This document shows positions 50,755 through 63,657 of a stretch of DNA of 64,000 nucleotides, in pieces (position 1 is the stretch's first letter; every line of letters starts with the position of its first letter). This DNA comes from Amoeboaphelidium protococcarum X5 (Eukaryota; Fungi; Aphelidiomycota). Below the pieces are notes generated by a model. It ran no database searches, was not told the origin of the DNA, and saw nothing but the letters and a program-made list of their open reading frames with translations. Made by a program: the position numbers and the translations under genes. Where the stretch lies: NCBI GenBank assembly GCA_023515725.1, contig JALDTO010000179.1, forward strand, positions 578,053 to 642,052, given 5' to 3'.

Positions 50755-52146
50755 ATGCCTGTTGTAGTGCAAGATTCACTAAAGTCTTATACTTGGTAAG
50801 AAGTCGCTGAGCACAACACCCGAAAGAGTGCCTGGGTCACAGTTCATGGCAAGGTGTATGATGTCACACAGTGGATCGATAAACATCCCGCTGGTTCGGA
50901 TGTTATTCTGCTGGCAGCTGGTCGAGATGCTAGCTAAGTCTTTGACACCTATCACATGAATGCAGTGAAAGCTGAGAAGACTTTGAACAAGTTTCTGATT
51001 GGCAGCGTGTCTAATAATGAACTACCAGTGTTTTAACGTCGCAGCGAGTTCTTCAACGTCATGAAGACTAGGATTAACTAATACTTTAAAGATACCAAGT
51101 AGAATCCAAAGTTTCATTGGTCAATGTTGGCGCGCTATGCTATTGTGTTGGCAACTGTTGCTCTATCTTATTACTGCCAGTTCTTTGCTAACTCTATCGC
51201 CACCTCTCCTTTACTGTCTGGTGTATGTGCTGCAATTCTGGGATTCGCCTGTGCTCAAGTGGGTCTACTACCTTTGCATGATGCATCGCATTGTGCCATG
51301 ACTAATAGATAGTGGGTTTGGAGATGTCTCGGGGCTTTGCATGATTTCATTAATGGTGCATCTTACTTGAATTGGTGTTATTAGCACATGTTGGGACATC
51401 ATCCATACACCAACATCGCAAATGCCGACCCTGATATTACCACCAGCGATCCGGATGTTCGCCGCATCAAGCCATCACAGCGTTGGTACTCTAGATATGT
51501 TAATTAGTAGTACTTTGTACCATTTTTGTATGGAGTCCTTGGAATGAAGGTGCGTCTGCAGGATGTGAATCTTTTGTTCATTGAGAAGAAGAATGATTCT
51601 ATTCGCGTTAATCCTCCAGAGTTATGGCATTCCACTGTGTTCATTGCTGGTAAGGCGTTCTTTGTATTCTACCGTTTTGTGGTACCGCTGCTCTTCTCTC
51701 AGGTGTCTGTTGCCCGGGTGCTGATCAACTTTGTGATTGCCGATCTGGTGTCCAGTTACTGGTTGGCGTTGACCTTCCAGGCTAATCATGTCGTGGATGA
51801 TGTTGAGTGGCCACTGCCTAATGATTAGAATGAGATCAGTATGGACTGGGCAGAGATGCAAGTTGTCACTGCTCAGGATTATGCTCATAACTCATTCTTT
51901 TGGACTAACTTTGCCGGCTCTTTAAACTATCAAGTTATCCATCACGTATTCCCCAACATTTGCCAACATTATTATCCAGAGATTACTCCTATCGTAATGA
52001 AGACTTGTCAGGAGTATGGAATACGCTACCGAGTGAAAGACACGTACTGGGAAGCCATTGGAGGTCACCTGTCTCATCTGAAGAAGATGGGCGACGGTCA
52101 AGGTGTTGCTGCATCTGAGAGTATCAGCAGTGGGAAAGAAGAGTGA
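50755..52146 (+). CDS. Front-end delta-5 fatty acid desaturase with cytochrome b5 domain
   Basis: b5 domain (HPAG), His boxes [16 protein letters not shown] (Q=TAG at 51382) and QVIHH. Confidence 0.9.
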
Positions 52147-52230
52147 TTTTGATTATAAAAGTTGTAATAATGTTGCTTTACTTAAAGCAAATTATAAGTG
52201 ATTTAAATTGAGAAGGGAAGACTTTCATTA

Positions 52231-53355
52231 TCAGTCAATATCTTCACTTTAGAGACCACTTTTGGATAGACATTATTTAAAGTCTTGCAATGTCAGTTAT
52301 CTGACTGCCTCATTACCCAATTAAACTCCACCAGTACAACCTTGATTCTTTTTTAGCATTTAACGCATAGGAATCAGGGCCACTTCACGACACAACTCTT
52401 TCAAGTCACTTCCGCTACAATCCTGAGTATTATCAGCGACATATTACAGTGTAGCATCACGGTCAGCTATAGGCACACCCTTCAATATGACATCAAGAAT
52501 CTTCAAGCGCGCCGACCTGTCTGGCATCGGGACCAAGTATCTCTTTGGCATACGCCTCAAGAATGCTTTATCTATATCCTGTGCTCTATTGGTTGCACCA
52601 AGAATAATAATGGCATCCTAACTGTCGTTGAGTAGTCCATCCCACAGCGACATGAACTCGGCCTTCATCATCCCTGTCACCTCGTGATCAGACTGGGACC
52701 TCTCCCTCAGGAAGGCATCAATCTCATCAATGAAGATGATTGACGGCTACAACTTCTTGGCCAGGCTAAATAGAGCATGGACCAACTTTTGCGACTCACC
52801 AAACCATTTCTCTGTTAGAGTCGACACGTGTATATTAATAAAGGTGGCATTAGACTCTTTACTCAGAGCTTTCGCCAGCATAGTTTTACCATTACCGGGT
52901 TCGCCGTAGAAGAGGACACCCTTAGGTGGACTTATGAGATTATTCAAGCTAGAATTTTACTACTTTCTAACATTATTGCTATCGTCCGTGGATTATTGGA
53001 CATCAATAGATTAAGAATTATTCTATAGTTACTAACATAGTACAAGAGGATAGAGCACAGTCTCTTTGATATCTTCAATCAAGTGCTCAATTCCACCAAT
53101 ATCACAGAATCGCACGTTCAAATCATCCGGGTGTACAATCTCCGTGGCTATAATCTACTCATATTCATTCAAATCATTGGACGCAGATGATTTCAGACCA
53201 AGTCGCTGCAAGATTGATTTGGACTTGAGCACACTCTGGTCCTTCTTCTTACGCATTGGATCCAATTCCTTCAGAGCATACTTTAATCCATACCAAAGCA
53301 CCACTTGGCCTACCACCAGCAAACCAAGATCCACCCAGTTCTTCTTTGTCAGCAT
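52231..53355 (-). CDS. MSP1: Msp1/ATAD1 membrane AAA extractase
   Basis: N-terminal TM helix, [41 protein letters not shown]. Confidence 0.93.
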
Positions 53356-53885
53356 TCTCACAAATAAATTAAGTGATAAAGTATTTCCAATATAATATAG
53401 ATTTAAACACAGACCGCGTAGAATTATTAATTATCGCTGGTGCCGATTTTCAGTAATAATTGGAGCAGAAAACCGATTGTCGGGGATCATAATTTACACC
53501 AACACTGAAAACTGCAATATCTGCCATGATATTTAGCTGTTTGAATTGATAGAAGCTCGAATATACGCAATACAGAGATTAAACAATTATAAAATATCTA
53601 TGAACGTGTTTTCTCTTTTGTAATGTCCTACAGTCCGCTGATTTTATAGATATGTAGTAGGCTTTACCCAACGATGAGGCTGTCGAAAACTCCATTGAAT
53701 GCAAGCGCGATTATAACAGAAGTCTTGACCTCTATTAAGCTCATTGCCGCGTCAAAATTTAAGACTTACCGGTGGAATAGACACCACGATATATTGGTTG
53801 AATGAATAATCATTACTTAATTCACGGAGACTGAGCCCGTTGACACGTTCCTCTAAGATATAACATCGTTACGCAGTGATGTGTT

Positions 53886-54581
53886 TCAATCATCCAATAC
53901 TCTCCTTGTTGGTATGTCTTCTTGATAGTATTCAATATACTCCTTTGGAATATTATTAGAGAGCATTGTAAAGAATTTATCTTCATCATGTATTCCACAT
54001 ACAACCAATTATTAATTTTCATAATCCGGTGTTGCCTACCAGACACCAGCTTTGCTCAAATCATCCCATGTACTGTCAAGGATACCGCCCTATTACAGAT
54101 CAAACAACTTATCAAATGGACTTAGTTCAAGTTTTTATAACACGCTTGCACCTGCATCTAATCTATGAGATTCTTTGTAGTTATTATCCAACTCGAAATG
54201 CTTCATAGATGATTGAATCTATAAAAATATCTCGCGAACAGCCTCCATGATATCTTTTAATGCGCGTAAATCAACCTAAATTAATTGCTTATTACGCCTT
54301 GTTATATGAGTAGTCAACACGGAAACTAGCTCTTCCTCCTCATTCTTTACAGTACAGTCAAAATACGCAGCAAGTCTTACACAAATCACCAACTTCTTTC
54401 GATGCAATGAAGTTAGCTTATCACTTTCACAGTAGGTGTGTAATTCTGAAATAAGCTATTCAATATCAGCGATGATATCCGCTGCAAATTGTTTAAACTA
54501 AATCTTGTCAAGAGGATGAAGATGAGCTGCCGGACATTTAAATAACCGGGTCTTTATCCTTAGTAAAGCGTGATCTACCAT
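53886..54581 (-). CDS. Hypothetical protein (boundaries uncertain)
   Basis: About 231-codon frame open under table 6 with protein-like composition. No family recognised. Confidence 0.4.
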
Positions 54582-54710
54582 GGCTACCAGGTGAAATACT
54601 TATTTTGGGTCGGTCGGTATCGCTGTTACGAAGCATCAATTACTTGCACACAGTTTTTGTCCAAACCGTTGAAACGTTGTCCGGGGGGAAAGTTTAAATC
54701 ACAAGCGATT

Positions 54711-56402
54711 ATGATGATGTTTAAGCATAACTTGAGACTTGGCTCTACCTACATTCCGCGTAATGCGGCTTATAAAAAGGTATTTTAATCCATTAGGGTC
54801 TTTGTAACTATTATTCAAGTTTTTGTACTGCTTGTGATTGTGTAGCTTTAAAGCGCTGATGTGGATTACTTTCGGCGGGTGGTTGGTGCTAAGGTTCTAA
54901 CTTCCTTAGGCGATGGCTAATAAGGTGGTTCTAATGCTGCATCTTCTGATGATCTAAAGCAATTTAACTGCGATTGGATGAACAAGTACCGAGGTGAGAG
55001 TCAGCTTGTTGTTATGCCCGAAAGTACGCGTCAAGTGTAGTAGATTCTGAGTTATTGCGCTCATTAAAAGTTGGCCGTTGTACCTCAGGGTGGTAATACT
55101 GGACTTGTTGGAGGAAGCGTACCCGTACATGATGAAGTCATACTGTCCACCTCATGCATGAACAAGATTATCAATTTTGATCCGATATCTGGTGTTCTCA
55201 CTGCGCAGGCTGGTTGTATACTGGAGACTCTTAATGACTACGTGACTGAGAGAGGACACGTTATGCCTTTAGATCTTGGTGCTAAAGGATCTTGTTAAAT
55301 CGGAGGTAATGTAGCGACTAATGCTGGTGGTCTCAGACTTCTGAGATATGGAAGTTTGAGAGGAACTGTGTTGGGACTTGAAGCTGTCGTGCCGTCTGGT
55401 ATAAGCGGTAATTCCAATTTAGACTCGGAGGATACATCGATGTAGTATGCAACTGTTATAAGTGACTTGAAGGGCCTGCGAAAGGATAACACTGGCCTTG
55501 ATCTGCGTGGATTATTCATTGGCAGTGAAGGGTATTTGGGGATGATTACAGCAGTGTCCATATTAACACCTCCTCTATCTCAGTCTATTAATGTGGCATT
55601 ACTCAAGCTCGAGTCTTTTTATAAAGTATAGAAACTTTACCTAGAGGCTAAGTTACGACTGGCAGAGATTGTAAGTGCTTTCGAGTTTTTCGACTCTTCT
55701 GCTTTATAGATGGTGCACTAATAGATGCCTCATGTCAGATCTCCATTGGCTTCATAGAATGTCTCATCATCATCTGTTGGTACCGATGTTAATTCTTAGT
55801 AGGATTTCTATGTTCTTCTTGAAACTTCGGGATCTAATATGGAACATGACCAGGACAAGTTATAGTCTTTTCTCAGTGACATGATGGATGGTGATGATGG
55901 TCAAGTTATCGTTGACGGAGTGCTAGCACAGGATCGTGCATAAGCCAACCAGATTTGGTCCATCCGAGAGGGAATTCCAGAGGCTTGCTCTAAATCTGGC
56001 GCGGTGTACAAGTATGACATTTCAATGCCTGTACCTGTTCTATACAAGCTTGTTGAAGATACCAAATAACATCTGCGATCATGTGGCATCTTCTAGTCTA
56101 ATCATGAACAGAATAATATTGTGAACGACGTTATTGGTTATGGTCATGTTGGCGATGGTAATCTCCATTTGAATGTTAGTGCCAAAGGATACAATGAGAA
56201 GGTGTAATCATGCCTGGAGCCGTGGGTGTATGAGTGGACGTAGAAGCATGGTGGTTCTATAAGCGCGGAACATGGTCTAGGTGTAATGAAGAGGGACTAT
56301 GTCGGTTACAGCAAGACGCCGCAATCGATCCACTTTATAAAGCAGATCAAAGACATCTTTGATCCTCACCACATCATGAATCCGTATAAATATATAGTGT
56401 GA
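54711..56402 (+). CDS. DLD2: FAD-linked D-2-hydroxyglutarate/D-lactate dehydrogenase; intron 54780-54845
   Basis: [65 protein letters not shown]. Confidence 0.92.
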
Positions 56403-56598
56403 TTTCTTGACATAAGCTTGGGATTAATAGCCGGTAGTACTACAAACGTTCATGCCGCTGTTATGTACAAAAAGAAATATTGAAAGGTGACAGTTGCATT
56501 ACATTTTTTTGATATTCCTCATTACTCATATTTCATTCCCCTTCATAAATTCCGATATACTCCCAAAATATTCATTGAATCAACCAGCAAGATAAAGC

Positions 56599-57303
56599 TC
56601 AAAAACGGAAACTCTTGACGTACTCCTTTACAGCCTCAGGAATGTCAGCAGTCAGCAATTGTTGACGTCTGCATTCAACGTTAGTAGGGATGTTGAACAC
56701 GCTCTTCTCTACCTTGTCAGTGTTAAAGTCAAAGTAGAGAGTGGAAGACTTTAAATTGTAGTCACCATTGCGAATATTCTACTCTTTTGCGACCCAGTCG
56801 TTGGTGCTGACATCGACAAAGTAACGATCAGTCATTTGACCATCGTTCTCGGAGTACTTATAAGAGTCGACCAATTTGCCAGCATAGAACTGAGTACGCT
56901 CAAACTTGTAAGATTTCTAAGGAGCTGAGCTGCCATCGCCTTCATAAACGACACAGTCGACATCACCATCAGAGTTCTTCTATGAGAAGGTGTAGAGCTT
57001 GCTGTCAACAAAGAACAGGGTGGCATTGAAGTTCTAGCTTTTGACATTAGCTTTGGCTTTCATTGCAGAAAAATCAATCCACTCTTCAAAATACAACGGC
57101 GCGGTAGTGGTATTGAGGGAAAACAGAGAGCTAGCATGGTACTGCTTAGGCATAGGCAGTTCATCCTTGGCAGCAGCAGCGACACCAGCAGAAGACAGAG
57201 GACGATCCAGACCCAGCTCAGTCTTGAACACCAGCATCTCCATCCAGCTAGGCATAGCAGAAGCGACAGCACACAGAGCAGTTACAACAAAAACAGTCTT
57301 CAT
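56599..57303 (-). CDS. Secreted 234-aa protein, copy 2 (inverted paralog of 30014-30715)
   Basis: Same signal peptide and architecture as copy 1. Similarity extends about 120 nt into the 3' flank. Confidence 0.85.
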
Positions 57304-57997
57304 ATTAATAGATGTTCACCCTAAAAGGATATATAATCAAGACGAGTGTTTATCAGTTAGCGAATGTTAAGCGAAGAGAAGAGGAAGGCGGCAACTTAAA
57401 GCACGCAATATCGGCACTTAAAACTAAGGGGTGATAATCGCCACGTCTTGCACGAAAATCTTTCTCACAGGTAGCAGAGTGACTATCCTGGTTATCCAGC
57501 ACCCGACTCTTCAGTCGATCAGCGAGCGATCAGTAAAGCGACGGGTTCATTACGCGGGTCGTAACTTTAACTGCGCCTCATCGCCCTGACTGCTCTGTAA
57601 TGAACCAATAAAGATAAGGTAAGATATGCTTTAGGTCTTTATCAAGTTCTGTTCGCAGTTACTAAAATTCGCTCAACACGCGAAGTATCAAAAGATGTGA
57701 AGATGGGCAGTTTAATTCTTCTACTTCTTCTTCTTCTTCTTCTTCTACTTATAAGTTCAAACGTGCACCAATTGTGACACCAATTGTGACACTTATAAAT
57801 AGATCATCTTCTGATTGGCCCGCCATTCCAATATCTTGATCCAGCCAATCAGTGGCCAAGTTGAGCATTTCCACAGCTTCCCATCGCGTTTCAACTACGC
57901 TTCCCCATGTCCATAATCCTTTTCCTCATTAACAACTGTACTTGGTCAAAATAATCGTATCACAAATCAAATCAAATCTACTGCAAGAAAAGAAATC

Positions 57998-58906
57998 ATG
58001 CCTACTTATTTTAATGGTGTTGTCGGCTTTATCAGTGCCCAGGACTAGCTTGGCACTCCTGTCTCCAAGCAGGGTTCCGCGGTGAGTTACAAGTATCCTC
58101 TGATGGTGGATGGCGTCTGCGCCACCGAAGCTGATATTGATTAGCCGATCCGTTTATCTGTCTGGCCAAATGATCAAAAGTTAATTCAAATCCCACAACT
58201 TGATGAGTCGTACATGGTATCCGGCGAGTTGCACGTCAGTGACTCTGGAATACCTACCGTGGTTGTTGAACGAATGTTTCGTATTGAGCTCATGTGCGAT
58301 TACATTCCAATGCCAATGGTGTCAGTGTTTGGTCCTATAGCGTTGAAACAAGCCGGAGTTGTAACCACAACGGTTGACACCTATGTTTCGGCTGCTAAAA
58401 AAACCCAAACTTTCACTGCCAAATCAGAGTACATGGAACAGCGTTATGGCAGAGGGTTATCCAGTGCGTCAATTGGAAGCACTTTGGTTAGTCATGGCCT
58501 TTTGCGCAAAATCACGCCAACGGAAATCAATCTCATGCAGTCTGTCGTTCAGCAAATACGCTCGACGCCAGCAGCCAGTACTCCCATGAAAGCTGGGAGT
58601 TTCTGGACTAATAAGAAACGCCGCGTTAACTCTGAACAAACTTCCTCCCCTTAGTCTGTCACTCCTCCTTCCATGCAATCCTCCACTTCATCCTCTGCTC
58701 AACAATCTTCGAGCAAAATGGTGGCGCCATCTTCCATTACGGCCAATAATGAGGTAGGGGTGTCTAACGATCAATAATCATCTTCTGATTCGGTCGATGC
58801 GGGGTAAAATGAAGCAATTGACATCACAAGTGATGCGGACTCTCCTTAAAATGATCAAGTGGTTCCTCTCAAGAAGTCGCGTAGGCAGAGAAAGGGTAAG
58901 CAATGA
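57998..58906 (+). CDS. Helitron ORF1, 302 aa; putative tandem OB-fold ssDNA-binding protein with S-rich tail and basic NLS-like end
   Basis: Open under table 6. Two beta-rich halves (IRLSVW...YMVSGEL; VSVFG...IGSTLVSHGLL), low-complexity tail, KKSRRQRKGK. The fold is an inference. Confidence 0.6.
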
Positions 58907-59220
58907 AGAATTGTTAGTCGATGATACTTTTGAAAATTAATGATGATGAAAAAGGTGATTCAAATGAATAATTTAAATTTAAATAATGGCTCGCGTTTCT
59001 TAAAATTAGACAATTATTCCCCTGATTCAAATATCAGAAATTATTAAATGAGAATATCTCAATGATTAATAAATGTTCATAATGATTGTTTTCATTCATC
59101 CAAATCTATTTATATCACATTATAGCAACAGATAACTGAAAATTGCTTTGATTGAGATATAGCTTTACGCAAATTAGTACGTGAAATCGACACTACAATC
59201 CAGGAAATTAAAAATTTGAA

Positions 59221-62200
59221 ATGAATAACTAACGACAATGCTAATTTATCTACACTAATCGTACAGTATACGATAACAATGAAGTTATAGAAGCTGGCCA
59301 AAGATGTCCCAATGATGCTAATCCAAATGGATATTGCCGTACACATCGTTATAGAGCACGAAATCTTGCGCGCCAGATGTTAAATCCGGCGAGATAACCG
59401 AGATAATTAAGACAAGCAGGTGTCCGACCACGTGGTAGAAATTATCAATGCTAATTTATCTACACTTATCGTACAGTATACGATGACAATGAAGTTATAG
59501 AAGCTGGCCAAAGATGTCCCAATGATGCTAATCCAAATGGATATTGCCGTACACATCGTTATAGAGCACGAAATCTTGCGCGCCAGATGTTAAATCCGGC
59601 GAGATAACCGAGATAACCATAACAAGCAGGTGTCCGACGACGTGGTAGAAATTATCAGTAAGCCATGATCACATTGTAACAAGCTGAAAGAGTTCAGCCC
59701 TTTCGCCTATAAGTGTAAGTATAGTGTCCCTTTTGCCATGCTCTCATATGGCCTGAAGAAATGACGCGGCGTGAAGGCCAAGGTGGTCCATCACCAAACA
59801 TATGTTGTGGAAACGGCTATCTAACGTAGATTCCATTATGGCCTCAACTACCACCATACTTAACAGATTTGTTGGAGGGTAATGATGCCAGATCAAGAAA
59901 TTTTCGCACCTACATTCGTGGTTATAACAGTGTATTATCTTTTGGTAGTTTTGTAGCTAACATAAATAAACGCTATCTTAATAGGGCAGATAATAATGGC
60001 ATTTATGCTTTTCAAGTGCAAGGAGCAATTTATGTTACAATGCCAAATATTGGCGGTGATTATGGTCGAAATGCAGATGCCTATTTGTTAGATCCATAGT
60101 TTGCTATGGCCAACAGATTGCTTAATGACGAAATTCTGGATCGGGAAATTGTTCTCAACCTTGCGCAAATCATAGAACAGATTAGTCCATTAGCGCGTCA
60201 ATATGTAACAATTAAGGAATAAAATTTGCTGCAATAATATGATGCGATTGGGCTGAGATTAATACCAACAGCAGATTACAACTAAAGACTACCCGAAGTC
60301 CATGAAATAGCAATGATACTGCCAGGTGATATTTATGCTGATTAACGAGATGTAAATGTGATAGCCAACGTCCGAAATCCTTAAGATCCAGATGACGACC
60401 GTACATTTGTAAGTATGATGAACCCAGCATTTGATTCAATTGCCATGACGTTAGTATTTCCAGGACATCCCCAGGGATATCATCCAGGCATTAGAATTAA
60501 TGGCGAATCTGTTTCACCTATGGATTTTTACAGATATCACTTCATGTTTAGATAAGAAACATCGGCGTATTTCAGAATGTGCGCACTGTTTCATCAGAAC
60601 CTCCTCATTCAGTATATGAAGGTGCTTACGCAGCGTTTAGATTTTCTCCGATTCCATTAGAATGATATTGGCGCAGAGGTGTACAGAGGCAGAGACTACC
60701 ATGGATAAGCAATTATACTCCCTGCGTCCCACACTGGGTCTCCGAGATACATGTCTGAAAAGTACGCAGATTGCGTGGCGATTGGAACAGTATTTGGTAA
60801 GCCTACCTTCTTCTAGACGGTGACTGCAAATCCAAACTGGCCAGATATTCAAAACGCATTGCTGCGAGGCTAAACAGCAAATGACAGACCAGACAAAGTT
60901 TGCAGAGTATTTAAACTGTATCTGGACGAAATCATGGACGACATCAAGAAGAACCAAGTATTTGGTGAAGTTTTAGCACTGACATACACCGTCGAATGGT
61001 AAAAGAGGGGTCTACCTCACGCACATATTCTCATATGGATAGAGAATCCGCCAACTGAACCGCGATAAGTTGACCGTTTCATAAGCGCCAAAATTCCAGA
61101 TCATGCCACACCGCGTCTAAGGGAAAAAGTACTAAGATACAACATTCATGGTCCATGTGGTTTGATTAATCCCAATTCTCCATGCATGTAGAATCCAAAT
61201 CATGTCTGCAGTAGAGGCTATGCGAAAGAATTTAGCGAGTTTACCAGATTTAATGAAGATGACTTCCCTGTATATGCCAGACCATTAGACGTTGCCAATC
61301 ACCATGTGCGTCCGGATGGAACAGTCATAAACAACCAATGGGTTGTTCCTTATAATCCCTATCTGACCGCGAAATATGACTGCCATATCAATGTTGAATT
61401 TGTAGGCAATTAAGCTATGATGAAGTATTTGTACAAGTATGTGCATAAAGGACCAGATGCAGCTCTAGCGGAACTCGATCGTGATGAAATAACTGAGTAC
61501 TTGAACTCAAGATATATCTCAACATAAGAGGCCGTGTGGCGTCTATTTAGTTTCGATATATGTGTTCATTACCCAGATGTCATGAAGTTGAACATTTATC
61601 TACCTGATTCAAGATTTGCGGCCAATTCTGAATTGGTAGCGTACTTCAATTACAATGCTACTGCAGAGCCAGATAATCCTTGCCATAGAATGTTGTATGT
61701 AAATTTTCCAACACTGTTTACCTTCAAAAAAGGAGATCGATAGTGGAAAATGCGGGAACGAGGACAAACGTTAGGTAGAATTCCATTCATCAACCCCGTG
61801 GAGGGTGAGCGTTATTATATCAAGTTACTGTTAAACAATACTCCTGGGGCTAAATCTTATGAACACTTGAGAACGCATCGCAATGTGATATATCCCACAT
61901 TTAGGCAAGCAGCTGAAGTACGTGAATTGCTTGCAGAGGAGGAGCAGTATTATTTGGCAATGATGGAAGCAAGGAATATCTTAATGCCAAGGGCAATGCG
62001 ATAGTTATTTGCGTTGATTTTATCTGAGACTGACATTGCAAATTATGGAGATCTCTTTGCACATTTCTAAGATGACATGATGTAAGACTACCAACACCAG
62101 AGACTAGAAAATCCATTGCAACATTTGCTGACAGATCTGCATCGACTATTGTTATAAATGGGCAAATCATTGTACAATTACCCAGACATAAATGTTGATC

Positions 62201-63657
62201 AAGTTGATTTAGATATTCCAGCTGCAGAACTAGAAGAAGCGAGAAATATGGTGACAGAAGAAAGGTTTAGAGAGAAGGTGATCAATTTAAGAAGAGAGCA
62301 GCGCGAGATTTATGATCTGATATCAAATTTGATTGTTCATAGGAGTGATAACTTGGATGGATTGCATGATGGTACCAGTCTATATTTCCTTTCTGGAAGT
62401 GCTGGAGTTGTAAAGACATTTTTATATAATGTAATTGATGATTTCTGCCATCTAAATGATTACGTTTGTGTATAGTTATCAACAACCGGACTTGCCACCA
62501 ATTTATTGAACAATGCGCAAACGTGTCATAGCTTTTTTGGCGTACCTATAGATATTACTGATGATTCTGAATGTCGCATTAAGGTTGAGTATAAAAATAT
62601 CTTGCTTGCAGCTAATATTATAATAATTGATGAAATCACATAACTAAGTAAGTATGCGTTATAGGCTATTGATAGACTATTGCGTTAATTATTTGGTGAA
62701 ATCAACCCTAGAAGAATTAATATGCCATTTGGTGGTGCATTAATCCTCTTTGGTGGTGACTGGAAATAATGCCTACCTGTTGTGCCTAGAGGGAATCAAG
62801 CCATGGTCCTTAATTCAACTTTCAAAGCCTCATATCTATGGAATCGTGTAGAATAACTTGAGTTAACTGAGCAAGTACGTTTAGTTCATGATCTGGAATA
62901 TTTCAATTTTTGCGAGTATGTTGGCACCACTGCAGACAGGTAAATTGAAATACCATAATATGTCTAAAGGGTTCAATCTTTGCAAGAAATGATTGGCTTC
63001 GTGTATGGTGATAAGTTAATTAACCATCGATTTGGTTTGGAAAAAATTATCACTCCCCTGAATAAAGATGCGATTGACATCAATGACACGTGTCTGAATT
63101 AAATGCTTGGTGAAGAACGCGTGTCAGTCGGTAGAAATGTGCTTTAAAATGGCAATCATGAAATTAATGAAGAAGCACTGGCTAACATCAATTCGGCTAA
63201 ATTACCACCAACTGTACTCAGAATGAAAGTTGGATGTCCATTAATCATCACTCAAAATATCAATGTCAAGGCAGGTCTATGCAATGGAACCTTGGTTAAG
63301 CTGATCAACTATTCACGAAATTTACTGATTGTTGAAATACTTTCAGGGAAATTTCAAGGTACGCTGCATGCATTGCCTAGAATAAATTGCATTGACACCA
63401 AAGCCATGTTTGGTATAGAACTGATGAGAATTCAATTTCCAGTTAAACTAGCATTTGCTGTGACCATCAACAAAATAATGGGATAGACTTTGGATAAAGT
63501 GGGTCTGTATTTAAAGAACCAATGTTTCGCGCATGGATAGTTATATGTTGGTCTGACGCGTGTTAGAAGAAGTACAGATATCTGTATTTACAGTGAATTG
63601 CCTCTTCTTCAAAATGTGGTTTACCAAGCAATTTTTTAAAATAATTTGATTGCGTGA
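59221..63657 (+). CDS. Helitron Rep/helicase (HUH endonuclease plus PIF1-like SF1 helicase), 1478 aa
   Basis: CPFCHA.IW.EE...CCGNG, FRTYIRGYN, LPASHTGSPRYM, TANPNW, EWQKRGLPHAH, KYLYKYVHKG, IIDE, GGDWKQCLPVV, GLCNGT, RIQFPV, HGQLYV. No TGA in frame. Confidence 0.95.
59236..59657 (+). repeat. Two tandem 210-bp in-frame repeats at the RepHel N-terminus
   Basis: Units start at 59236 and 59446; 7 differences counted by eye. Confidence 0.95.

Noticed and set aside
52948-53045. Possible intron in MSP1
   Set aside because: The frame stays open as a Q/N/S-rich insertion under table 6, so no intron is needed.
57540-57600. SECIS-like ATGA...AAA...GA on the minus strand, and TPP-riboswitch or hammerhead-like words nearby
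   Set aside because: SECIS helix II does not pair, no in-frame TGA selenoprotein is adjacent, and the riboswitch/ribozyme core elements are missing or out of order.
59236-59657. CRISPR-like or non-coding repeat array
   Set aside because: Two contiguous 210-bp in-frame coding units with no spacers, in a eukaryotic context.
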